From Bdellovibrionales bacterium (GTDB taxonomy: Bacteria > Bdellovibrionota > Bdellovibrionia > Bdellovibrionales > UBA1609): a DNA stretch of 64,000 nucleotides. The stretch's first letter is position 1. Each line of letters begins with the position of its first letter. Position numbers and translations under genes: made by a program. The stretch lies in the NCBI GenBank assembly GCA_965199935.1, contig CBDATD010000001.1, positions 800,531-864,530 on the forward strand, read 5' to 3'. This document shows, piece after piece, positions 20,166 through 29,181 of the stretch. Under the pieces are notes generated by a model that was not told where the DNA came from, did not search any database, and was given only the letters and a program-made list of their open reading frames with translations.

Positions 20166-21640
20166 TTTATTCCTACTTGGCCGGTGATTAGTTTTGGGAG
20201 GAGAATGTTGCGAAGTTTCTCGAGTTTTGAAATAGATATAAGGTTTAAAATAATTTTTTCAAATTGTGGGTTCATTAACTTATTCATCTTTGACAATTCA
20301 TCTTTTGGTGGTGCTAGAGTTATTGAGTGAGATAAATCCTTTCTTTTTATATGTCCCATAGTGGTTGCTTTGCTTTCTGCGATTTTAACAAATTCTTTCA
20401 TATAATATTTTGTCCAAAAATAATAAAACCACTTTGGATAATGCTTTGATGTGATTTTGAACAAATGTTGATTTAAAATGCATTCCTGTCCATCCCATAC
20501 TTTTATTAATAAACTTCCAGACCATGAAAAAATTATATCTCCCAATTTTATAATATATTTGTCATCCACTTCAGAAGTTGACCAATCTGAATTGTCTGTA
20601 ACACCGTCTTTCAGTTCTTTAATTTTTAGAACAGGCAATTTATCAGCGTTATTTTTTGGAGGATATTTTTGACAGGCTAAACCATTTAAATAGTCTGCTA
20701 TTTCGTCTAAAGGTTTTTCTTGCCAGTTGGGTTTGGCGTCTTCTATGAACCACTGGCGGAAAAGGGTTTGTGCTATATTTTCCAAAGTTTTGTTTTGCTC
20801 ATGCAATAGCTTGATTTTGTCATCAAGGCTGGACAGCACTTCAGCAATAGCCTTTTGTTCAGGAAGAGGAGGGAGAGAAAACTCATAATCTTTAATTCTT
20901 TCAGGAGAAGTATGCCTTACTGAAGTTCCACTTGCAGAACTAACTACAAACCAATGATAGTTGTACGTACGCATTAGCCAATAGATAAAGTCTTTGTTTA
21001 TTTTTTTTGATCTGAATTGCACTAATCCTATTCTTTGATTATGTAGATATATTTCATTCTTTTCTTTTTTTGGAATTTTTGTTGCATAACCAAGCGTGTC
21101 ACTTTCTTTACTAAGATCTGTCATTGTAATAATTAAATTATTTTCTGTCAGAATATAACTATTTGGAACATCTCCCTTGAAATACTTTAATTTTGATGAT
21201 TTAAAACCACCTCCTATACGAAAGTTTCCAGGAGTCACAAGAATGTTGTTTGTGGGTTTACTAGTGATACTTTTACCTTTAAAAGCATAACCGTGTTTTA
21301 CATCTATCAAATTACCAAGTTTTACTGTACGCCAGCCTTTGCGGTAGATAATGATGCCATGCTGATCAATATGTTTTTTTAAATTTTTGCTATCAATATG
21401 TGGATACGATAAGACATCTACAAAATAAGGTAAATTTGTTTCTTCTTCAAAATAACCTTTTAAACTACCGGCGAGTGTGTTGCTTACCTTTTTCCCTTTA
21501 AGAGCGATGTCAATGTCCGACGCTGTTTTAAAAGTATTGATGGCTCTTGAACCAAAAAGCACCGCCTGTTCTATTTCAGGATGAACAACAAGGGTCCTTT
21601 CTATAATTTTTAACTGACCGTCTAATAATCCGTATTTCAT
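20153..21640 (-). CDS. hsdS: Type I RM specificity subunit with N-terminal minimal nucleotidyltransferase (MNT) domain
   Basis: N-terminal LFGSRA-x8-DID; two TRDs with LPPLPEQKAIAEVLSSLDDKI and LRNILLPKLITG conserved helices. Confidence 0.9.
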   Translation of the reverse strand: MKYGLLDGQLKIIERTLVVHPEIEQAVLFGSRAINTFKTASDIDIALKGKKVSNTLAGSLKGYFEEETNLPYFVDVLSYPHIDSKNLKKHIDQHGIIIYRKGWRTVKLGNLIDVKHGYAFKGKSITSKPTNNILVTPGNFRIGGGFKSSKLKYFKGDVPNSYILTENNLIITMTDLSKESDTLGYATKIPKKEKNEIYLHNQRIGLVQFRSKKINKDFIYWLMRTYNYHWFVVSSASGTSVRHTSPERIKDYEFSLPPLPEQKAIAEVLSSLDDKIKLLHEQNKTLENIAQTLFRQWFIEDAKPNWQEKPLDEIADYLNGLACQKYPPKNNADKLPVLKIKELKDGVTDNSDWSTSEVDDKYIIKLGDIIFSWSGSLLIKVWDGQECILNQHLFKITSKHYPKWFYYFWTKYYMKEFVKIAESKATTMGHIKRKDLSHSITLAPPKDELSKMNKLMNPQFEKIILNLISISKLEKLRNILLPKLITGQVGIKCLH

Positions 21641-22044
21641 AATTCCTTTTTAAGATGAAAATAAAGATCTCTTACAAGATTATAAAAATCTTTTTGAACA
21701 AAAGAAATGACTTCCTTCAAAATATCTTCTTTATAGATGTGAGAGGTTTTATTTCTTTTATCTGTTGAATCCATCCACTTTTCAGGATCAGAAATTAGTT
21801 CCGCCTCAAAAGCTTTTCTAAATATGTTTTTGGGAAGACTGCCGCAGTCCACCCCTTGATTTTCCAGATAATCTTTTAATGTCTTCCAAGATAACCCAAA
21901 TATAATTTCAAAAGCCTGAATCAAAGCCATCTGATACCCTTCACTCTTAGGATGTTGTTCCAGATCATTTATTCGCCTTTGAAGAACTTGAAAAGATTTT
22001 TCAAAGTTTTCAAATCTTTGCTTCCATCTTTTTTCATTGTTCAT
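21637..22044 (-). CDS. HEPN toxin / nucleotidyltransferase substrate-binding protein (HI0074-like)
   Basis: RWKQRFENF, IQAFE, WKTLKDYL, RNKTSHIY (RX4HXY). Confidence 0.88.
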   Translation of the reverse strand: MNNEKRWKQRFENFEKSFQVLQRRINDLEQHPKSEGYQMALIQAFEIIFGLSWKTLKDYLENQGVDCGSLPKNIFRKAFEAELISDPEKWMDSTDKRNKTSHIYKEDILKEVISFVQKDFYNLVRDLYFHLKKEL

Positions 22045-22055
22045 ATTTTTCTCCT

Positions 22056-23588
22056 TTATTTGTTGTAATCAATTTTAGATAGATTTTTTAAAATGTGCTT
22101 ATTCAATATTGCCTCCTCTTTCATTTGTTTTTCCAGAGTACTTTTTAATTCATTGAATTTTTCTGAAAAGTTAAAATCATCTTTTTCCTCTGGAAGTCCT
22201 ACATATCGTCCTGGACTTAAGACGTAGTCCAATTTTTTAATTTCACTCAAAGGAATTGAACTGCAAAAGCCAGGGATGTTTTTATAAGATTTTTCTCCTT
22301 TTTTCCACTTATGGTAAACACTTGCAATTTTCTTAGTATCTTGATCCGAAAATTCCCGGTTTTTTCTGTTGATCAAATGCCCTAAATTTTTGGCATCAAT
22401 AAACAATATCTCTTCTTTTCTTTCCGTTTTACCTCTTCTTAAAAACCAAAGAGATGCAGGGATTTGTGTATTTAAAAACAGTTTTGAAGGCAGATTCACA
22501 ATGCAATCTACTAATCCCTCATCTATAAGGTTTTTTCGAATGACGTCTTCATTAGAAGATTTGGAAGTCAGCGAGCCTTTAGCCATAACAAAACCAGTTG
22601 CACCCCCTTGAGGAGTCAAGTGATAAACAAAGTGTTGAATCCATGCAAAGTTTGCATTGCTTGCAGGCGGAATGCCGTACTTCCATCGGCCGTCTTGTTT
22701 TAATGAACTCCCGCTCCAATTGCTGTCATTAAACGGAGGATTGGCAATAACAAAGTCTGCTTTCAGGTCAGGGTGTTCGTTTCTTAAGAATGAGCCTTCA
22801 TTGTTCCACTTGATCTGTGAGCTATCAATGCCTCGAATAGCTAGGTTCATCTTTGCAAGCCTCCAAGTGGTTTGATTGCTTTCTTGTCCATAAATGGAAA
22901 TATTTTTGACTAAACCCTGATGCTTTTTGATAAATTCTTCAGATTGAACAAACATACCTCCAGTGCCGCAACAAGGATCAAAGACACGCCCCTTATAAGG
23001 CTCTAACATTTCCACAAGCAGTTTAACCACAGAGAGGGGGGTGTAAAACTGTCCTCCTTTTTTACCCTCAGCTATTCCAAATTGGCCTAGAAAATACTCA
23101 AACACATGGCCTAGAATGTCTCCATTTCGATTCTTTGCAGACTCCATGTCAATATTATTAAATTCATCAATGAGTTTACCTAAATTTAAGGGGTCGAGAT
23201 TTCCTCTAGCATAAACTTTTGGAAGCACATTTTTAAGAGAGGAATTTTCTTTTTCAATAGCATCCATTGCTGAATCAATATCTTTGCCAATTTCCGGTAA
23301 TTTAGCACGGGAACATAAATAGGGCCAACGAGCGGAAGGAGGCACATAGAAAATATTTTCTGCTATGTATTGATCACGATCTTCTAGATCAGTTTTTTTT
23401 CTTCTTTTCAATCTATTATAAAGAGCCTCAAAAGAGTCAGAAATGTATTTTAAAAAAATCAATCCTAGGACGATGTGCTTATATTCTGCCGCATCAATAT
23501 TTTTTCTCAAACTGTCCGCGGCCTCCCATAGTTTTTTCTCTATAGGAGCTTTATTCTTTATGATCGTTTTTGATCTATTTTTTAGCAT
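22056..23588 (-). CDS. hsdM: Type I RM methyltransferase subunit M (N6-adenine)
   Basis: GQFYTP, FDPCCGTGGM, YGQE, ANPPF. Confidence 0.96.
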   Translation of the reverse strand: MLKNRSKTIIKNKAPIEKKLWEAADSLRKNIDAAEYKHIVLGLIFLKYISDSFEALYNRLKRRKKTDLEDRDQYIAENIFYVPPSARWPYLCSRAKLPEIGKDIDSAMDAIEKENSSLKNVLPKVYARGNLDPLNLGKLIDEFNNIDMESAKNRNGDILGHVFEYFLGQFGIAEGKKGGQFYTPLSVVKLLVEMLEPYKGRVFDPCCGTGGMFVQSEEFIKKHQGLVKNISIYGQESNQTTWRLAKMNLAIRGIDSSQIKWNNEGSFLRNEHPDLKADFVIANPPFNDSNWSGSSLKQDGRWKYGIPPASNANFAWIQHFVYHLTPQGGATGFVMAKGSLTSKSSNEDVIRKNLIDEGLVDCIVNLPSKLFLNTQIPASLWFLRRGKTERKEEILFIDAKNLGHLINRKNREFSDQDTKKIASVYHKWKKGEKSYKNIPGFCSSIPLSEIKKLDYVLSPGRYVGLPEEKDDFNFSEKFNELKSTLEKQMKEEAILNKHILKNLSKIDYNK

Positions 23589-23960
23589 ATGTTCTTAGGG
23601 TACGCAGAAAATTTCGATCTGCCAAGCAGAATCATTATTACAGTTTAAATAATAGTCAGCTGGCTATATTGATGCATATTCAGTAGAGGCATTCATTGCA
23701 TACGTTGAAAGAATGAATAAAAAGATTTTCTGCTTGCGTTTAAAAAGGTGTGTAAGGTACTGTTCAAGCCAGTGGTCGAATGTGGACACTGTCGTTCCCG
23801 TAGGTATGGGAATGAGATCGTATGGAGGTGGATTCTCATTTTCGTGGAGCAAGGTAATGAGGTGTTAGCTGAAATTGTCGAGCAAAAGAGTTTGGAATGC
23901 AGATCGTGTAGGACTGGATTCCTGTTTTCGGGCTTGACGAGTGGTGTACTTCTTGAGTAC

Positions 23961-23988
23961 GTCATTCCTGCGGAAGCAGGAATCCAGT
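23961..23988. repeat. Short REP/dRS3-like palindrome
   Basis: GTCATTCCTGCGGAAGCAGGAATCCAG; related copies near 25263 and 52080. Confidence 0.7.
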
Positions 23989-24000
23989 GTGCAAAGTTGA

Positions 24001-24377
24001 TGGTTAGTGTGGAGGAATTGTGGTATAAAAAATAGTCTTTTGAGACTATTTTTTATAAGAAACAATGAAGAGGGCTGGGGGATGAGTTATTTGGAATATA
24101 AGAGTTTCTTCAATAATTTAAACTGGCGTTCAAATTATTTCAGGGCGAAAAAATGATTAAGAATGTTATTGCTGTCGAGCCGGTGGTTGGTGTGAGAGAA
24201 TTGTGGTATAAAAAATAGTCTTTTGAGACTATTTTTTATAAGAAACAATGAAGAGGGCTGGGGGATGAGTTATTTAGAATATAAGAGTTTCTTCAATAAT
24301 TTAAACTGGCGTTCAAATTATTTCAGGGCGAAAAAATGATTAAGAATGTTATTGTTGTCGAGCCAGTGGTTGGTGTG
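24001..24377. repeat. Tandem duplication, 183-bp unit x2, each with an AT-rich hairpin
   Basis: TGGTT(A/G)GTGTG at 24001, 24184, 24367; hairpin ATAAAAAATAGTCT...AGACTATTTTTTAT. Confidence 0.9.
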
Positions 24378-24420
24378 TAGGAAGAATGTTAAGAAAAGTT
24401 GACTTGGGATAGGCGAAAAT

Positions 24421-25170
24421 ATGGTTCAGATTGTGATTGGGGCTTTGGTGATACCGGCTGTTTTGTTTTTTGTGTTGAGTTTGTCTGAAAAGATTTTAAC
24501 TCTTAAAAGAATATTTTCTCAGAATCATATTACATCTTTAAGCGCAGGGCTTTTAACAGGCCTCATTTTCTTTAAATTTCTGCCTCACAGCTTAGAAGAT
24601 ATTTCCCCTTTTGTATTTTCTATAACCATTTTGTGTTCTCTCATTTTACTTCTTTTGATCGAAACACACCTCACAGGGGTGTTGGCTCGGTTGTTTCCGA
24701 AATGGGATCAAAAAGAATCCGGCGATTGCAGCCATTACCACCAACACCATCATCATCTTGCCAGCGGCTCATTTTCAGCGGTAGGCTGTCTTCTTATTTG
24801 TTCTTTTTTTGACGGCATCCGTATGGGTTCGGCTTTATGGATTGACTCCGCCGCCAGTGTAATGACCATTGTGGCTTTATTCGCTCATATTTTACCGGAA
24901 GGTTTGGCTGTTTTATTACTGGCTCAAGGCTCCGGCAGTAAGAACAGTTCGTTCATTTTAAAACTTGTTCTCTGTAGTCTTTTTGGCATAGGGATTTTAT
25001 TGACTGGCGCAGGCCATTTTGGAGTTTTTGAAAAAGTGATTTTGATGTTTTCAACGGCATCTCTTTTTTACGTGGTGTTTATTCATTTACTGCCTGCGGC
25101 CTTTGAGAAGAAAAATCAAAAATGGTTTTTCTCCGCTCTGCTCTTTTCCACTTTGCTGTTGATTCATTAA
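24421..25170 (+). CDS. ZIP-family metal transporter
   Basis: Multiple TMs, His-rich loop HYHQHHHH, FFDGI, AHILPEG. Confidence 0.85.
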   Translation: MVQIVIGALVIPAVLFFVLSLSEKILTLKRIFSQNHITSLSAGLLTGLIFFKFLPHSLEDISPFVFSITILCSLILLLLIETHLTGVLARLFPKWDQKESGDCSHYHQHHHHLASGSFSAVGCLLICSFFDGIRMGSALWIDSAASVMTIVALFAHILPEGLAVLLLAQGSGSKNSSFILKLVLCSLFGIGILLTGAGHFGVFEKVILMFSTASLFYVVFIHLLPAAFEKKNQKWFFSALLFSTLLLIH

Positions 25171-25330
25171 CCTCTTATGTAAAAAGAAGCTCTTGCTTTT
25201 GTGGAGGGGTGTGCAAAAACAGGAGTTCAGACATACACAAGAAGCAAGTCATATGTGTAAGGCGGATTCCCGCTTTTGCGGGAACAGCGTTCAGAAGATT
25301 TTTTGGACCTCTTGCGGTGCTTTCTTTATA

Positions 25331-25374
25331 TTGACATTATTTGTTTCGTGAATTATAATGATAATTCACGAAAC
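25331..25374 (+). promoter_or_regulatory. Consensus sigma70 promoter overlapped by a palindromic operator
   Basis: TTGACA(25331)-17 nt-TATAAT(25354); inverted repeat GTTTCGTGAATTAT-aatg-ATAATTCACGAAAC. Confidence 0.8.
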
Positions 25375-25390
25375 AGTTGAGGATAAAAAT

Positions 25391-26563
25391 ATGAAAAAAA
25401 TCATTCCAAGAACCATCCTCCCATTTAACTTGTTGAAAAAGTCGTCTTATTTTCTTTTTGGCCCCAGAGCCACAGGGAAAAGCACATTGATTAAGCATTA
25501 TTTAAAGGCTGGAGGGATTCAAACAAACATAAAAACGGACTATATCAACTTGCTTGATTCAAAAATTTACCTTCGCCTTAAACATGATCCTTCTCTATTG
25601 AGCTCCATGATCTCTCAAAAATATATTGTCATTGATGAGATTCAAAGGGTGCCGGAGCTGTTGAATGAGGTTCATCGTCTTATAGAGGATCAAAGAAAAA
25701 AATTTCTCCTAACAGGAAGCAGCGCTAGAAAATTGAGAAAGAAAAATACGAATCTGCTGGCCGGGCGGGCTTTGAAAGCTGAATTTTTTCCTCTGACTTG
25801 GCTGGAGCTTAAAAACGCTGGTAAGTTTAAACTTAATCATTACCTGCTTTACGGCGGCCTGCCCTTAGCTTATCTTGGTTCTCACGGAAAAGACTACCTC
25901 TACAGCTACGTTGAAACTTATCTTAAAGAAGAAATTCAGTTGGAATCTTTGGTTCGGAATCTTCCCAATTATGTCCGATTTTTACAAAGCTCTGCTTTAA
26001 ATAACGCTCAGATAATCAACTACACAAAAACAGCTAATGACGCTCAATTATCTCCTAATACAGTTCGTGATTACTATCAAATTCTTGAAGACACCCTTAT
26101 CGGTTTTCAAGTTCCCCCTTGGACAAAGTCAAAAAAAAGAAAATCTATCCAAACATCTAAATTTTATTTTTTTGACACAGGCACAGCCAACACGCTCAAT
26201 GAAGTACAGCACTTGGATATCAAAGGCAGTTTATTTGGTGTTTCTTTTGAACAGTTTATTGCCTGTGAGATTAGAGCCTGCCTTTCTTACAAAAATGTAC
26301 ATCTCCCCCTAAGATTTTGGAATTCAACGTCCGGGTTTGAAGTGGACTTTATTATTGGAGATCAAACAGCTATAGAGGTGAAATCTAGTAAAAAAATTAC
26401 AAAGTATGATCATAAAGGCCTCTTAGCTCTTAAGGAAGAGAAAAAATGGAAGCACCTTATCATCGTCTCTCAAGACACTGTGTCTGCTCGTTTTAGGAGC
26501 GGCATTCGGCATATTTATTGGGAAGATTTTTTGGACCTCTTGTGGAAAGGCCGTTTCTTTTAA
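25391..26563 (+). CDS. AAA_14 ATPase with DUF4143 / C-terminal PD-(D/E)XK-like domain
   Basis: GPRATGKS, IDEIQRVP, LTGSSA, LAGRA, KFYFFDTG, EVDF...AIEVK. Confidence 0.9.
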   Translation: MKKIIPRTILPFNLLKKSSYFLFGPRATGKSTLIKHYLKAGGIQTNIKTDYINLLDSKIYLRLKHDPSLLSSMISQKYIVIDEIQRVPELLNEVHRLIEDQRKKFLLTGSSARKLRKKNTNLLAGRALKAEFFPLTWLELKNAGKFKLNHYLLYGGLPLAYLGSHGKDYLYSYVETYLKEEIQLESLVRNLPNYVRFLQSSALNNAQIINYTKTANDAQLSPNTVRDYYQILEDTLIGFQVPPWTKSKKRKSIQTSKFYFFDTGTANTLNEVQHLDIKGSLFGVSFEQFIACEIRACLSYKNVHLPLRFWNSTSGFEVDFIIGDQTAIEVKSSKKITKYDHKGLLALKEEKKWKHLIIVSQDTVSARFRSGIRHIYWEDFLDLLWKGRFF

Positions 26564-26608
26564 TACATTCAACTTGAAGCCGCGCCTTCACTTCAAGTCA
26601 CATACATT

Positions 26609-26648
26609 GAAAAAATAAACACCCCTCTTGCGAGGAGTGTTTATTTTC
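26609..26648. terminator. Intrinsic terminator hairpin (repeat copy), likely bidirectional
   Basis: AAAATAAACAC-CCCTCTTGCGAGGA-GTGTTTATTTT. Confidence 0.7.
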
Positions 26649-26810
26649 TCATGCGCCTGGAGTGACTTGCCTGCTTTGGTCACTCGCCTCACGCTCGTTC
26701 CCTGCACAGGCCCCCTTCAGGCACTCAGAAAATCATCCAGATTTTCTGCCTTGTATTGAATGCTTTCGCATTCAACACAAGTCGCACCTTCACTTCAAGT
26801 CACATACATT

Positions 26811-26850
26811 GAAAAAATAAACACCCCTCTTGCGAGGAGTGTTTATTTTC
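26811..26850 (-). terminator. Intrinsic terminator downstream of tRNA-Leu
   Basis: Same hairpin, followed by a T-run on the minus strand. Confidence 0.75.
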
Positions 26851-26853
26851 TCA

Positions 26854-26937
26854 TGCGCCTGGAGTGACTTGAACACTCACGTTTTTGCAAACACTAGGCC
26901 CTCAACCTAGCCTGTCTACCAATTCCAGCACAGGCGC
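26854..26937 (-). tRNA. tRNA-Leu(GAG), CCA not encoded
   Basis: Acceptor GCGCCTG/CAGGCGC-A, D-loop GGAATTGGTAGAC, anticodon stem CTAGG-TTGAGGG-CCTAG, long variable arm, GTTCAAGTC. Confidence 0.95.
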
Positions 26938-26995
26938 TTTTTCGCTTATCCTAAATAACACTCTTCTCCCGCACCAACCACTAACTCACATAAAG

Positions 26996-28012
26996 CTACA
27001 TATTTTTAAGCTTAAAATCCACCCGATGCCTATACCAGCCGGACTGACCAGGCTGATAACGCTGACGCGCCATAATTCTAAGAGCTTCATTGTCCAATAT
27101 AGAATACCCCGAAGACTTCAACAATTTAATTTTATCCACGAAACCCGTATCATCCACAAAATATTGCAAAAATACAGAACCCTCATTTTTGTTTTCCTTA
27201 GCCCGCTGTGGATACACCCAAGAAGGGTTTCCGGGCGCCGGAGCCAATAACCGGCTATTTTTGATTTCTGCTGGATCCTCCTCCTTAATAATATTCTTGA
27301 GAGCCTGGGGATCTGTATTAATCTCTTCAAAGTCTCTGCTCTCTGTCCATTCCGCCTCCTCAACAGTTATGAATTCAGACACATCTTCTTCTTGAGTTGT
27401 GGGAATTTCAGAGTTTCCAAGAGGAGAGTCGGCCCTTTCTTGTTCAACGGCGGTTAAATTCTCTGCAGGATTGTATTGAACTTCTGGGATTTGATGGATT
27501 TCTGATGAATCCACCGGGTTCTTTTGAACAGTTTTTTCAGTATTTGAATTTTCAGTGTCTTTTTCTCTAGGTAATTTTTTTTCAGCTGTTGGTTCAGCCG
27601 CCGGTGCTGTCTTTTGAACAGTTTTTTCAGTATTTGAATTTTCAGTGTCTTTTTCTCTAGGTAATTTTTTTTCAGCTGTTGGTTCAGCCGCCGGCGCTGT
27701 CTTTTGAACAGTTTTTTCCGATTGAACAACAGAGATTTTCTTTTTCAGCTGTTGGCCGACAGTCTTCTTTAATTTTTTCTTCTTTCTTGCAACAGCTTTT
27801 TGAAGAGGCTCTTTTTGGATAGATTCTTCCTCAAGAGATTTTTCTTGTTTTTCTATTACAGGCTCTTCTATTACAGGTTCGATAGGCTGGTCTGCGTTAA
27901 AGCGGTTCAGTAAATTCTGAGTCCATTCGGAAACAGAAGCGCCAGACCCGCTGATTAAGACAGCCCCGATTCCAATGTGAATCAATAAAGACAAAAAAAT
28001 ATATTTTTTCAT
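26996..28012 (-). CDS. TonB-family energy transducer with internal tandem repeat
   Basis: N-terminal TM SLLIH; C-terminal YPQRAKENKNEGSV...KSSGYSILDNEAL. Confidence 0.88.
   Translation of the reverse strand: MKKYIFLSLLIHIGIGAVLISGSGASVSEWTQNLLNRFNADQPIEPVIEEPVIEKQEKSLEEESIQKEPLQKAVARKKKKLKKTVGQQLKKKISVVQSEKTVQKTAPAAEPTAEKKLPREKDTENSNTEKTVQKTAPAAEPTAEKKLPREKDTENSNTEKTVQKNPVDSSEIHQIPEVQYNPAENLTAVEQERADSPLGNSEIPTTQEEDVSEFITVEEAEWTESRDFEEINTDPQALKNIIKEEDPAEIKNSRLLAPAPGNPSWVYPQRAKENKNEGSVFLQYFVDDTGFVDKIKLLKSSGYSILDNEALRIMARQRYQPGQSGWYRHRVDFKLKNM
27521..27718. repeat. In-frame 90-bp (30-aa) tandem repeat x2.2
   Basis: CTTTTGAACAGTTTTTTC at 27521, 27611, 27701. Confidence 0.92.
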
Positions 28013-28157
28013 ATCTTCTATTTTTGTCGGAGCAATAACCTAAGGTCTTGAGTTTTTTCTCATACTTGCAGGCGGCCGTCCGCTTTTGCAGAGATGACAT
28101 ATGCACAGCAACAGCATAAAATAACAATATTCTTATGGCGGTGAAAGAGGGGACTCT

Positions 28158-29177
28158 ATGAATGCAGGGCCTTTACTGATGATAGGTTTAGAGGGAGAGT
28201 CTCTCACTCATCAGGAAAAAAAGACTATCCAAAAAGAAAATATCGGAGGAGTTCTGCTCTTTAAGAGAAACTGCCGGTCCTACAAAGCTTTGAAAGAGCT
28301 TATTTCGGAGCTTTACTCTTTGAAAGTGTCATCCCCTCTGATTATAGCCATAGACCGCGAAGGAGGAGCGGTGGACCGTCTGACTCAAATCAAAGAGTTT
28401 TTCCCCTGGCCCAACCCCAGTGTCTTATCCCGCTGTTTAACTTTGCAGGAAATAGAAAAAACCAGTTACCACCTTCACCGTGAGTTACAGCACTTAAGAA
28501 TCAATATGAATTTAAGTCCTTGTTTGGATCTTTCCCATTCTCACAGCCAAGTGCTGAGAGGCAGAACTTTTTCAGAAAATCCTCTGCGTGTTTCTGAAAT
28601 AGGAAAGTTTGTTATTCAGGGGGCTCGGCGGGCTGGAGTGTTAGCCTGCGCCAAACATTTTCCAGGGCATGGAGGAGTGAGTGAAGACTCGCATGAAATG
28701 ACTCCCATCGACTTGAGAGTAAAAGAACAAATTTTAGCTTCAACTCTTCCCTTTCAAAGAGCTTTTGCAGAGCACGTTCCCAGCGTGATGATGTCTCATA
28801 TTTTATACCCTGCTTTGGACCCGAAAAACCAAGCTCCTTTTTCTCATATTATTGTAGATCAACTGCTCAGAAAGAAAATGGGCTTTCAAGGTCTTGTATT
28901 AACAGATGATTTAGAGATGAAAGCAGTACCTGCTTCTAATAAGGCAGAGCCGGCGGAAAAATCTTTAACAGCGGGTGTGCAGATGTTGATTTCATCGAAA
29001 AAGTCTTTTGTGGAGATTTTAAAGGGAATCAAAAATAAAACTCTTGTTCAAAGGCGTGTGAAAGAAGTGATGAACTTCAAAAAGAAATATTGTACGATTT
29101 TGACAGACTCTTCACCACAGCCTCTTTCGAGTGAAAGGCAGAGTTGGTTTGAGGAGCTTGAAAAAAGAAAAAGGTGA
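28158..29177 (+). CDS. nagZ: Beta-N-acetylhexosaminidase (GH3)
   Basis: IDREGGAVDRL, KHFPGHGG..DSH, TDDLEM. Confidence 0.9.
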   Translation: MNAGPLLMIGLEGESLTHQEKKTIQKENIGGVLLFKRNCRSYKALKELISELYSLKVSSPLIIAIDREGGAVDRLTQIKEFFPWPNPSVLSRCLTLQEIEKTSYHLHRELQHLRINMNLSPCLDLSHSHSQVLRGRTFSENPLRVSEIGKFVIQGARRAGVLACAKHFPGHGGVSEDSHEMTPIDLRVKEQILASTLPFQRAFAEHVPSVMMSHILYPALDPKNQAPFSHIIVDQLLRKKMGFQGLVLTDDLEMKAVPASNKAEPAEKSLTAGVQMLISSKKSFVEILKGIKNKTLVQRRVKEVMNFKKKYCTILTDSSPQPLSSERQSWFEELEKRKR

Positions 29178-29181
29178 TTTT

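Larger units (their letters stand above)
26585..26871 (-). repeat. tRNA-linked repeat: 85-bp direct repeat (tRNA 3' end plus terminator), 202-bp period
   Basis: 26585-26669 matches 26787-26871 and includes the last 18 nt of the tRNA. Confidence 0.9.

Noticed and set aside
20153-21640. Phase-variable hsdS shufflon
   Set aside because: Only one hsdS, no silent TRD copies or invertase seen
23664-24065. Short ORFs upstream of hsdM
   Set aside because: Overlapping, no recognisable motif, partly made of REP-like and duplicated sequence
26585-26871. attL/attR of a prophage or large island at tRNA-Leu
   Set aside because: The two tRNA 3'-end copies are only 202 bp apart, and no integrase or further copy was noticed
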